This document shows positions 1 to 10,400 of a stretch of 21,677 bases of DNA, piece by piece. Under the pieces are notes generated by a model, which saw only the letters and a program-made list of their open reading frames with translations, was not told the DNA's origin and ran no database searches. A program made the translations under genes and the position numbers. The first letter of the stretch is position 1. Every line of letters begins with the position of its first letter. The stretch covers positions 1 through 21,677 of the forward strand of contig JANMKN010000086.1 of NCBI GenBank assembly GCA_031372065.1. The letters are read 5' to 3'. Origin of the DNA: Abditibacteriaceae bacterium. GTDB taxonomy: Bacteria > Armatimonadota > Abditibacteriia > Abditibacteriales > Abditibacteriaceae.

Positions 1-132
1 AACCTCAACTTTCGCACCCATCTCAAGCGATTGCAGCGCAAAACCATTTGCTTTTCCAAATCACTCGAAATGCACCAAGCCGTCATCAAACTATACATCC
101 ATGCCCTCAATTCAAAACAGCATCACTTCTGA
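1..132 (+). CDS. IS1-family transposase (InsB-like), 3' end only; runs off the window start
   Basis: Frame 1 translates NLNFRTHLKRLQRKTICFSKSLEMHQAVIKLYIHALNSKQHHF*, matching the InsB C-terminal motif NLNLR.HL.RL.RK..SFSKS.E.H..VI. The stop lies inside the terminal inverted repeat. Not in the ORF track. Confidence 0.9.
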   Translation, partial: NLNFRTHLKRLQRKTICFSKSLEMHQAVIKLYIHALNSKQHHF

Positions 133-141
133 AACACGACC
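118..141 (+). mobile_element. Right terminal inverted repeat of the IS1-family element
   Basis: CAGCATCACTTCTGAAACACGACC (outer end reads GG, IS1-like); 22/24 identical to the MITE IR at 877-900. Confidence 0.85.
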
Positions 142-403
142 GGATAAAGCGCAGCGTGGCGGCAAGTCTGACAGGGCAAAGCCTTTACACGGTTTTGGTG
201 GCGCCAGTGTTTTGGAGGTTGTTGAAAATTTTCAGGGTGACACTTATCGCGCCGTTTACACGGTGCGTTTGGCTGATGTGGTTTACGTCCTGCATTGCTT
301 TCAAAAGAAAAGCAAGAGCGGCATCAAAACTCCAAAGCAGGATTTAGATTTAATCAAGCAGCGGTTGCGCGAAGCGGAATTATTGCACAAGGAGCAAAAG
401 TGA
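142..403 (+). pseudogene. RelE/ParE-superfamily (Gp49-like/HigB-type) toxin, 5'-truncated by the IS1 insertion
   Basis: DKAQRGGKSDRAKPLHGFGGASVLEVVENFQGDTYRAVYTVRLADVVYVLHCFQKKSKSGIKTPKQDLDLIKQRL is typical of this family. Homology begins right at the IS end and the usual N-terminus is absent. The ATG at 101 is IS-derived. Confidence 0.85.
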
Positions 404-726
404 TGAGCGAGACAAAACATACTGCTGGAAGTGGAAACGTGTTTGCGGACTTGGGTTTGGCAGACGCGGACGAATTGTTTTTTAAATGCGAATTGATGCA
501 CTGCATTTCGCATTTGATCGCCATAGAGAAGTGGACGCAGGCCCAAGCCGCGCAAGAATTAGGCATCACACAACCGCGAGTCTCGCAGATTATGAATGGC
601 CGGGCGACTGGCTTTTCTATAGATATGCTGTTGGGGATTTTGAATCGCTTAGGCTGCGATGTGGAAGTGAAGGTGAGACCTCGCAAATCGACACCCGGCC
701 AAACACGTGCCTTCGTGATTGCATAA
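403..726 (+). CDS. XRE/HTH antitoxin (HigA-like), 107 aa
   Basis: ATG overlaps the toxin TGA (TGATG at 401-405); SGNVFADLG motif and HTH WTQAQAAQELGITQPRVSQIMNG. Confidence 0.9.
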   Translation: MSETKHTAGSGNVFADLGLADADELFFKCELMHCISHLIAIEKWTQAQAAQELGITQPRVSQIMNGRATGFSIDMLLGILNRLGCDVEVKVRPRKSTPGQTRAFVIA

Positions 727-768
727 GCAACTAACTCAAACCGGATGAACCACGAAACGGACAAATTG

Positions 769-900
769 GGTCGTGTTTCAAAAGTGTTGCTGGGCATATT
801 TTGGTAAAACTTCTAATCGCTAAAACCCTTGCTATTGCTGAAGTGTTCGGCACTGTTATCAAGCCCTAAATTACCTCAGCAACACTTTTGAAACACGACC
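769..900. mobile_element. MITE derived from the IS1-family element (132 bp, no ORF)
   Basis: Perfect 24-bp TIR GGTCGTGTTTCAAAAGTGTTGCTG (769-792 / 877-900). Complementarity extends into the flanks AATTG/CAATT (764-768 / 901-905). Same IR as the IS1 end at 118-141. Confidence 0.85.
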
Positions 901-918
901 CAATTATCATGCTTTTGA

Positions 919-1078
919 GAGCGTGTTATGCACTTATTTGGATGGCTTTAAAGACTAAAGTTGAAACACATTGCCCTTGATTGCCGATTTCAATGGCGTC
1001 AAAAGGCGCTGTTCGCTCGGTTTTGGCATTTATCGGCCCGAAATGGCCGATTTTCAAGCAAAAGTTCATAACACGCTC
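919..1078. mobile_element. MITE, IS5 family IS1031-group-like (160 bp)
   Basis: 17-bp TIR GAGCGTGTTATG(C/A)ACTT (919-935 / 1062-1078, one mismatch) flanked by a 3-bp TGA direct repeat (916-918, 1079-1081). GAG ends with a TNA target duplication are the IS1031-group signature. Confidence 0.8.
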
Positions 1079-1096
1079 TGAGTTTTCAAACTGATT

Positions 1097-4000
1097 CTAA
1101 AGAGTGGTAACAGCCAAACCCTGACTATCAATTGTGAAGTGGAAAAATCGAGCGTGAGCATTGGGCGGGTCATTTTGCAATTCGCGTAGAATCTGGCCGG
1201 CTGTCATTTCATCGCGCGCGATCAATAACATAAAGCCACCTCCGCCAGCACCACACAGCGAATAAGCAGAAGTGTAAGGCTGAACCCGCTGCAAAATCGC
1301 CTCAATTTCGGCATTTGTGCTACTGGGGTCAACGGCCTTTTTCAATTCCCAATACTCCGCGACGCGATCCGCAAAAGCTGCTATGTCATTGGCTTCCAAA
1401 GCCAATTTCGCTTCCATGGCACCTTGTTTCAAGCGATCAATAATCGCCAGCAATGCGGGTTCGCGCGCTAAATAACGCCCCACTACGTTTTGCAAAATAT
1501 TCTTCGCAAGCCGCTTCTGACCGGTGTAATACAACAACAAGCGACGCGATAATAAGTCCGCCGCATTTTCGGCACCAGTGCCAGAGCGTTCAACCCGGCC
1601 CGGCGCGCCAAAGACCGACCATTGCGTCGAAGGCGTTTGACTAATGCCGGGTTCGGTGCGAATCAATTTCACGCCGGCCAGAACGCCGCCGATTTGGTCT
1701 TGCCAACCGCCGCCGGTAGTCATACGTTGTTCCAACAAACTCGTTTGAGTTATCAATTCAGCGTGCGTGAGTTCCTGTCCTAAAACGCGCGTCAGACACG
1801 CCAAAGTAGCCGCGCCTAAAATGCTGCTGGTGCCCATGCCGCTGCCTTTGGGCAAACCGCTGAACAAAGTCAGATCAAGCCCGCCGCCTAAGACATCCAT
1901 CCAATGTTCCAGCGATTGCGGCGCGCTTGAATTTTCGCGGCGCTCCGGCACGATGCCGGATAACACCAAAGCCGCTTTCGCCAGACTGCTCCAATGACCC
2001 AAATCGGGCGTGCCGTTGATTTCTTCGGCGGTGCGGAAAATGGCCTGACTGCCTAAATCAATGCTGGTCAAACGGATACATCTGTCTTTGTTCAGTTTGG
2101 CAACGACTTGAATGGGATACTGGCGATTAATCGTCACGGCAGCATTGAGAACCGTGCCGCCGCGCTCGAAGCAAATCGGCGGCGTATCCGACCAGCCGCC
2201 CGCAAAATCAATGCGTGCTGGCGCTGTGACCCAAACCACTTGATCTTCCAGAATTTCCGCCGGACGTGGCTCATGAGGCAGTTCAATAGCGCTTTCCATG
2301 GCGCGCGAAATCGAATGAAACGCGATGTGGTTGAAGGTTGCCGAACGCAAGGTTGCCGAAAGCAACGACGCATCGCCGGGAGTCGTCTTTTGTTCGATTG
2401 CTTCCGCGATTAGAGCGCCCGCGCGCATAATGCGCGCTTCGGTGAGCAAACGCGTGCCTGTTTCTGCTTTTTCGAATGGCTCCGTTTGGCGTTGCTCGTG
2501 CCAATGCTGAATTTTATCCAGCAAACGTTGATGAATCACTATGTCGTCAAAGCTGTTTAAACGCGCTAAAGCCTCGTCTGCTGGATAATTGTCGTAACGC
2601 AACAAGTCATCAAACAAATGCTCGCCTTCAAAATGCGCGGCCACGTTTTCACGATGGCGCACCAGACGCGCATAATCAAGCTGCGCCAACAATTGCGGCC
2701 AATTAAATCGCTCCTGTCCTTGCCATAATTTCAATAGGGCCGCCGCCGCATTTTGCCGTGATTTTTTGTCGTTTGTTGTGACTCCGACAGCCTCCAAAAG
2801 CAAAGATAATGCTGAATTACCCGCATCGCCAGCCAGCCACAAACGCGCTGTCCATGTCGAATGCTCGCCTTCATCGTCCCACAAAAACGAGGGCGAAATG
2901 CCGGCTTCAAAAAGACGCTCAATGGGCTGATTTAAAAACTGGCACAGCCCCGATTCCGCAGTCGCTTTATTATCATCGTCCACACCAAATAAAACGGGCA
3001 CGGTTTGTGAAAAATCACCATTTTGCACCGGCAAAAAGGTGATTCCGATGCCTGTTGGCAAGCCTGATAGTCCGGTAGGCGGACTTTTCCATTCGGTGAT
3101 GATATTGTCGCCGGATAAAGTGAAATTCTGAGTGGAATCCGCTTTTAAATCACAGCTTTCCAAATAAACAGTGCCCTGCGTCGAAAAGCCGTCCCATGAA
3201 CCGCTGTTGTTAAAAAACACCGATTCGCTGCCACTGGATTTCGCGGCATTGCGCAGCGCCTCCAATAAATCGGGTGTTACACGACAGCCATTTTGAAATC
3301 CGCTTTGGCGACGCGTGCGACTGGGCTGCGTAAAACGCGCTAACAAATCGCGATTGGTGCCCACATGAAAAAACTCGCCATCCGGCACCGCGACAACGTA
3401 AAAAGGAAGCGATGCCACGCGCAATTTTTCGAAAAATTCACCCAACGATTGGCGCGCTTCGGGCGTTTGATTGGCGGGCGCGATGCTTTGCAAATACTCT
3501 TCTCGATTCGTATTGCGCGGCAACGCCAAAGCGATTTCCTGATACAAATCCACCAAACTAACTTTGCCACTTAAAACATCTGCATAAACGCCAGTTCCGC
3601 GTTGGGCCACGCCGTTGTCCCATTGAAAGCCAGCCGCTTCCATCAAAGTCAAAGCCGCATCAGGCGACAAACACAAAACGCCACTATCAATCAAAACGCG
3701 GCCCGATAAATCCAGCGCCGCATGACGTCGCAATTCTTCGACGCCGGGCTTTTGCAAAAAGCCCGTCACTCTGCCGCCTTCGCTGGAGTTGGGCGTGATA
3801 TAAACGCCATGATGGCGCCCCAATTCAGGCGCGGCGGGGAAACCCAAGCCCGTAATGCCATTGCCGCCGGGGATATCCAAAGAAGTCGCATCAAAAGTCA
3901 GCAAAACATCGCCGGAACAAATGACAATCTGCCCTTCGGCAGGACAAGGCAACTGCACAAGACGTTGAAGCAACAAATCAAATAAGGCCGCCGGGAAACG

Positions 4001-4366
4001 ACGCCACGGCGCAGCTTGAGACGGCGTTACATCGCACGGCATCGGCAAAAAAATCTTGCCGAGCGGCGCATAAGCGGGCAAACGGCGCGCGTCACCGCCC
4101 GAATGCGCAATCAGAATACAGCGCCCGGCAAACGGATTAGCGCCTTCTGTTTTGAAGTGGCCTGACAACTCGGCCAAGACCACCAACGTGCTGGTGCCCG
4201 ACCCTACGCGGCGACCTGCCGGATCAGCAATCACTAAATATTCCGTGCGCTCATCCAACAAACCCGACGTGCGCCGCGCATTCAATTGGGCACGATAACC
4301 TTGCGCCTGCGCTTCGTTGGCAGCAGTCAGCACGACGACATCAAAAGCCGGACGTTGATGGAGCAT
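1097..4366 (-). CDS. fkp: Bifunctional L-fucokinase / GDP-L-fucose pyrophosphorylase (Fkp/FKGP-like), ~1089 aa
   Basis: N-terminal nucleotidyltransferase motifs (DPAGRRVGSGTST, HSGGDARRLPAYAPLGKIF, SGDVLL, HGVY, FLQKP, IDSG). C-terminal GHMP kinase motifs (APARIDFAGGWSDTPP, LPKGSGMGTSSIL, TTGGGWQDQIGG, CGAGGGGF). Start taken at ATG 4366 rather than 4444. Confidence 0.88.
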   Translation of the reverse strand: MLHQRPAFDVVVLTAANEAQAQGYRAQLNARRTSGLLDERTEYLVIADPAGRRVGSGTSTLVVLAELSGHFKTEGANPFAGRCILIAHSGGDARRLPAYAPLGKIFLPMPCDVTPSQAAPWRRFPAALFDLLLQRLVQLPCPAEGQIVICSGDVLLTFDATSLDIPGGNGITGLGFPAAPELGRHHGVYITPNSSEGGRVTGFLQKPGVEELRRHAALDLSGRVLIDSGVLCLSPDAALTLMEAAGFQWDNGVAQRGTGVYADVLSGKVSLVDLYQEIALALPRNTNREEYLQSIAPANQTPEARQSLGEFFEKLRVASLPFYVVAVPDGEFFHVGTNRDLLARFTQPSRTRRQSGFQNGCRVTPDLLEALRNAAKSSGSESVFFNNSGSWDGFSTQGTVYLESCDLKADSTQNFTLSGDNIITEWKSPPTGLSGLPTGIGITFLPVQNGDFSQTVPVLFGVDDDNKATAESGLCQFLNQPIERLFEAGISPSFLWDDEGEHSTWTARLWLAGDAGNSALSLLLEAVGVTTNDKKSRQNAAAALLKLWQGQERFNWPQLLAQLDYARLVRHRENVAAHFEGEHLFDDLLRYDNYPADEALARLNSFDDIVIHQRLLDKIQHWHEQRQTEPFEKAETGTRLLTEARIMRAGALIAEAIEQKTTPGDASLLSATLRSATFNHIAFHSISRAMESAIELPHEPRPAEILEDQVVWVTAPARIDFAGGWSDTPPICFERGGTVLNAAVTINRQYPIQVVAKLNKDRCIRLTSIDLGSQAIFRTAEEINGTPDLGHWSSLAKAALVLSGIVPERRENSSAPQSLEHWMDVLGGGLDLTLFSGLPKGSGMGTSSILGAATLACLTRVLGQELTHAELITQTSLLEQRMTTGGGWQDQIGGVLAGVKLIRTEPGISQTPSTQWSVFGAPGRVERSGTGAENAADLLSRRLLLYYTGQKRLAKNILQNVVGRYLAREPALLAIIDRLKQGAMEAKLALEANDIAAFADRVAEYWELKKAVDPSSTNAEIEAILQRVQPYTSAYSLCGAGGGGFMLLIARDEMTAGQILRELQNDPPNAHARFFHFTIDSQGLAVTTL

Positions 4367-4442
4367 GAAATGGAAACACTTTCTCTGACACGATGGAAAT
4401 GGAAAAGCAAATTCAGTTTCGCCTAATGGAACGTGGCAACGC

Positions 4443-4470
4443 AAAGGGCGACCCCAAAGGAGCCGCCCTT
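4443..4470 (-). terminator. Probable intrinsic terminator after the giant peptidase gene
   Basis: Minus strand AAGGGCGGCTCC-TTT-GGGGTCGCCCTT-T: 12-bp GC-rich stem (two G-U pairs), ~20 nt after the stop at 4490; short U tract. Confidence 0.65.
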
Positions 4471-4489
4471 GAACTTCAATTGTAAAGTG

Positions 4490-7400
4490 CTAATTGGCAG
4501 TCACCGATGAGTCGTCATTGTTGATGGTGCCAATGCCGCGTGCGCGTGCGATGGTCGCATTTTGACCCGCACTGAGCAGAACGAACAAGGTTTCGTCGTT
4601 TTCAACGATGGTGTCACCGTTAATCACCACGCTGATCGTTTTGCTGGTTTGACCGGCTGCAAAAGTCAACAAACCCGTTTTCGCTGCGTAATCGCTCGCA
4701 GACAGCGCCGTGCCATTGGCCGTCGCGTAATTCACACTAACTGCTTGGGCACTGGCCTTCGAAAGCGTGACTGTGAAGGTCAAGTTTTTAGTGCCGGGTG
4801 CCCCGTTAGAGGGCGGATTTCCTTCGGCAATGCTAACATCGTTGATACTCAAGGCTGGAGCGGAGTCATCATTGAGAATGGTGCCCGTCGCTTGCGGTTG
4901 CATAATAGTCGCGTTGGCAGGAGTCGTTAAATTCACCACAAAGGTTTCATCGGCTTCGTTCAGCAAGTCGCCATTAATCAAAACCCGCGCGTAAGCGTAA
5001 ACACTGCCCGCCGAAAAAGCCACTGAGGTAGCAGGAACCGCCACATAATCCTCGCCGGATTTAGCTGTTCCGTTAGCGGTCGCATAATTCACTTTCACGA
5101 CTTGACCGCTGGGTGCTGACAGTTTCAAACGAAACGCCGCCGTGCGTTGGCCACTGTTGCCTTCGCCGATGCGCACAGCATCAATGGAGATCGAAGGCAG
5201 AACATCGTCATTCACAATGGTGCCCACACCGCGCCCGCGTCCAATGGAGCAGTTGACAGGCGAAGACAACACCACAAAGAAGGTTTCATTCGTTTCGGCT
5301 TGCAAATCGCCTTTGACCGGCACGCTGAAAGTCTTGGTGGTTTCGCCCGGCGCAAAGATGATTCGTAGGCCACCGCCGGTGTAATCGGAGGGCGAAAGAG
5401 CCGAACCATTATAAGGAATGGCATTGATCGAGATGGTTTTGTCGCTGGGCCATGACAATTGAACCGTAAAGTTGGCGTTAATGAAGCCGCTATTGCCTTC
5501 TACTACGCTCACATCGTCAAGTGTCACCGCAGGCGTTTTGATCGTCGCTGCCAAAATCGGCGTGGTCGGATCACCAAATAATATCCAAGTGCGCTGCACA
5601 TCACTATCGGTTGAAGTGGCTTTGGCATTCTTGATGGCATCACCCAAGGTGGCTGGTTTTCCGCTGCCTTGTTTGAAGAGTTGACGATGCATTTCTTGGC
5701 TTAAAGCCAGTTGCGATTCTGGATTCGTCATGCCCGACGAGGCCCAAACCGCTGCGCCGCCACCATTAGGCGCTTTGAGTAGCACTTCCGCCAAACCGTC
5801 CAAATTGGGGTCTTGGAAGTAACCATTTAAACACGTCATCGGCAGAATCACCGATAAATTAGCGCTGTTAGTCAAAGCACTGGCGTCTTCGTTCGCCAGC
5901 AAACGCGCGCCCGTCCAAATATCTATCGAGCCGTGACCAAAGAAACTGGCGAGCAGCGGCCCTTGGTTGATGTCTTGAATAAGCTGTGCTTTGACTGTCG
6001 CTGTATCGCCGTCATCCCGCTTCAAAAATTGCTTGGAGACAGTTGGCGGCAGCAAACCGGCGACTGTGGTGCTGGCCGCATTGAAATCAAAGCCGCGCTC
6101 TGTATCCGACACAAAGAGCGCTTTCTTGCCTTCTTTCACCTGAAAGCCCGCATAGCCGACGATCTTATTGATAATAGCGCTGGCTTCGCCTGCCGAGCGA
6201 ACCGGCAAACGGCCCAGCGACATTTCAGCCAAGCCGTTGTCATCAAAATCGGCCAGCCACTCGTCGGAAGCCGTTTCCATAGTGGCCGTATCAATCAAGC
6301 GCGTCGGCACTAAATCGAAATCGCCTTGCCCGCCGTAATTGCGTGGATCAAGACTGCTATCGCCGACCAGCAAGCCAAAACGCGGCGCTTTTTGCCAGCG
6401 GCTTTTGGCGTTTGCCAGAAAATCTTTCAGCGCCTGTGGCGTGTGCGCGCCGCCGCTGAACTCATCGTAAATGTCTTCTACATCCACCACTTGCACAACG
6501 TAGCCTTGCTTGCGACGCAAAGCAGCCAGCGGTTCGACACTGCCCTTCACACTCGCATGGGCGATGATGACTAAATCCGCTGATTTGGCATTATGCCAAT
6601 CGGAAGGCTGATTCGCGGCCACCGTTGGAGAGTCGAATTGCCCTTTAGCAAAGGCGATGATTCTGGAAGAAGTGGCGCTGGCCTTGAAAGTCAAGCTGCG
6701 ATCACTGCTGCTGGTTTGCACTTGGCCTTGAATCTCGATGGGATTAGAAGGATCGCTGACATCTACCAAGCGCAAGGGCGCCGTGCCCAGACTAAAGCCT
6801 GCAATGCGCACCGTATCGCCGCTCTTGGCCGAGAAGATCAGGCGATCATTGACTGCCCGATAAGTGCGCGGATAAGTCAGGCGCAGCGAATCCAGCAAAC
6901 TCGCATCGCTGCCCCCCGAAGAAGTCAGCGTTACGCTATTGCTGCCTGCAATCAGCGCCGCAAGCGGAACCGTCAAGAGCGCGATTTTATGAGCGCGGTC
7001 AGTGAAGTTCACCGTGCCAAGCAGCTTGCCATTGAATTGCACTTGCACTTGGTGTGCGCCGCTGGAAACGCCTTGCAGAGCCACTTCCAATCGAACAATG
7101 CCGCTGGAAGCCAAGTTTTGCACCGGCAAAGTTTGCGTGACGGCTTGGGTGTAAATCGCCGGGCCAAAGAAGTTTTCGGCCTCGCCATTGAGCAACGAAC
7201 TGTAGTAAATGCTGCGCGGTTTGCTTTCTACCACACAGGGGAAACTGGCAGCGAAAGTGGCGCCCGGCGCGCCGCTTGATTGCGAAGCAATGCGCGCCCT
7301 GCCGCTGCCGGTGACTAACCAGTAAATATGCGTGTCGGTAGTCGGCGTATCGAACGCGACGCCATAAAATTCAAAGTAGCTGCTGCCAACTGAAACGGGC

Positions 7401-10400
7401 ACAGGCAGACCATCAGCGTAAAGTTGCAGATTGTTGAAATCCGTCACATCCAAACCCGCCGCCGTTAATTGCGACTTCGTGACGCGATACCAACCCGTTT
7501 TGCGCACCGCAATCTTGACCGCTTGCTGCCCAGCCAAACTCCATTGTTGCCCCCGATTGCCCGCTGGAATAGAAGTCAGCACGAAGGGCATTTCAACCGA
7601 AGTAACCGTGCTGGCAGTGACGGCTTTGGTAAATGGGCCTGTGGCGGCCTGATTTGCAGGTGAGGCGCCCAATAACGGCGAACTTTGCAGCGCCGCCTTG
7701 CCATTGGCCGCCGAAACTTTAATTGGGCCGTGCCATGTGGAAGTGCCGTTCAAATCCACATCTTCCAACCAATACTGCGAATTCACATCGCCACTCTCAT
7801 CCGGCCACGCATACGAGCCGCCAGCGACAAGATGTGTCCCGTTACCCACGCGCAAAGCTGAACCCGCAATCAACGATGAGTTTAAGCGCACCTTTTTGCC
7901 GTTTTGCACGCGATAAACGTTGAAGCCCAAATTGTCCACTTCATCGCCCGTTTCCCATTTGAGCCACAAGCCATCTTTGTAATGGGTGGCTGTAAAGGAA
8001 ACCAAATCCACCGCAGTGCTGTTGGCATCAAACGGAATGCTGGTTAAAACCACATCATTGCCGTCGCCGCCAACGTAGCTGATTTGGAAGGTGTAGTTCG
8101 TGTTCGAAAAGGGCAAGTTGAAGGTGGCGCCTTCTTTAATGCCATTGAAGGTGCCAACTACAGCATCAGACAAATTATTATCAATAAGGGTAAACGTCTG
8201 CACGCCATCAGCAGCGGGCGCGAAGCCCAGCGTGAAACCGAGATTCGGATTATTCAGCGTGACTGTGCCGTTGACTACTACCTGATCATATTCAGTGCCC
8301 GCCGTCGCGCCGTTAATCTCAATTTGCAGTTTGGAGCCGGAATTAAGCGTGTAATTTCCGGCCACCGTCTGAATTCCGGGACTATTTCCCGGCGAGTGAA
8401 CGGTGCTACTGGCAAAGGTCGCCGTCCCCTGAATCGTGCCGCTGCCACCCAAAGTCCCCGCGTTCACTATTGTGCTGCCTTGATGAGTGTTGGCACCGTT
8501 CAACAGCAATGTGCCGTTTCCAATTTTCGTAATTCCGTGAAAGGAGGAATTAATATTGGAAATCACACCACCATAAGTGAGCGTTGTCCCAGACGCCACA
8601 TCAAAAGTGGCGCGGCCTGTGGTGTCAATAGCCACACTTCGATTGGCATCAAGCGTCATGGTTGCTGTAGTTTGAAGTGTGCCGCTGCTAATAGTTAAAG
8701 CCTGCGCTGTTGCCACACCGGGCGCTGTTCCAAGATTGTTATCTGCCGAAATGCTTAAAACGCCGCCGGTGATAGTTGTCTTGCCAGAATAGGTATTTGT
8801 ATTGGTTAAAATCGTGGTGCCGCCGATTTGCCTAACCAAACCCGTGCCGCCAATGGCGTTGCCAACTGTAATTGTGTCGCTGCGGTTAAAGCTCAAAGCT
8901 GCATTGTTGGTGACAGCACCCGAACCTAAAGTGCCGGTAGTTCCTGCATTGCCGACTTGCAAAGTGCCTGTACTGACCGTTGTTGTGTCGTAACTATTTG
9001 TTCCAGCTAAGATGGTGGTTCCTATTCCGGCTTGTGTTAAGGAACCGGTGCCGCTAATATCGTTCGACACAGTCAGCGAGTTGGTGCGATTGAAGCTCAA
9101 CGTAGCATTGTTAGTAACAGCGCCCGAACCTAAAGTCCCGGTAATGCCAGCGTTGCCAATTTGCAGTGTGCCCGCGCTGATGCTTGTCGCGACATAGCTG
9201 TTGGTGGCGATCAAAATGGTGGTGCCACTTCCAGCTTGAGTCAGAGTGCCCGTGCCGCTGATTTCGTTTCCAACCGTCAACGAGTTAGTGCGGTTAAAGC
9301 TTAACGTCGCATTATCAATCACAACACCAGCCGCCAACGTGCCGCTCGTGCCGCCATTGCCAATTTGAAAAATACCCGCAGAAATAGTCGTCCCACCGCT
9401 GTAGGTGTTCGCACCCGCAAGTATCATCGTGCCGTTGCCTGTCTTCGTGATACTTCCGCTCGCTGTAAATCCGGCGTCAAATTCAGTTGTAGCGTTATCA
9501 ATCTGAAATGTCCTCGCACCAGTGCCAATTGATGCAGACGTGGTATTGCTGAAGGTCAGATTGCCTGTGCCGCCCGTGGTATTGCCAAAAGCGTAGGTTG
9601 CGGTCGATCCCGCAAAAGTTCCAAAGGCATTAGACAGGGTGCGGGCTGTGGCATCTGCGCTTTGGATTCTCGTGGTATCCGAAGCGGTTGTATTGCTCAT
9701 CGTAAACGAGCCAGTGCCCAACGCTGAGTTATTACCAACCGCCAATGTTCCCCGGTTAAGCGTTGTGCCGCCTGTGTAAGTATTCGTTCCTGAGAGTGTT
9801 TGCGTTCCTGTTCCTGTTTTAATCAATGCCACAATGCCGGTGCCGCCGCTATTCGTGTTGGCTATAATGCCGCCGAAGCTACCACCGGTGGCATTGTTAT
9901 TACCGACCGTCAAAGTTGAGGTATTACTGTTGACGCTGTTATAAACGGCGTTGCCAGCCACAGATGTGCCGCCGAGTTGCCCAACACCTTGATTGACACC
10001 GTTCAAATCCAGCGCGCCGCCTGTATTGATCGTGAGATTGTTGTTAACCGAACCGATGGTGCTGGTTGCGCCGCTCATCTGAATCGGGCCGCCGCCGATT
10101 GTGGTTCCACCCGTATATGTGTTCGCACCACTAAGGATAAGCGTGCCACTACCACTTTTTGTGAGACCGATATTGTTATTGTTTGTCCCAATGCCACCGA
10201 TAATACCACCGAACGTATTCGTGGTGGAATTATTAACGACCAACGCTGAAGCCGTTGCACTGTTGCCTACAATGCTGTAACCGCCAGTGTTTAAGGAAGC
10301 AACACCCACAGCTACGCCGCCTATGGTTTGGCTAATACCATTAAGTTTTAAAGTCACATTTTGGTTAAACGTGCCTGTTGGTGTTCCGGCTGGCGTGCCG

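Noticed and set aside
295..402. Extended N-terminus of the antitoxin ORF (start 295)
   Set aside because: Overlaps the toxin frame; the coupled ATG at 403 fits the family length.
8111..8120. 10-nt match (GGGCAAGTTG) to the predicted TnpB guide
   Set aside because: Too short and does not include the first guide bases; compatible with chance.
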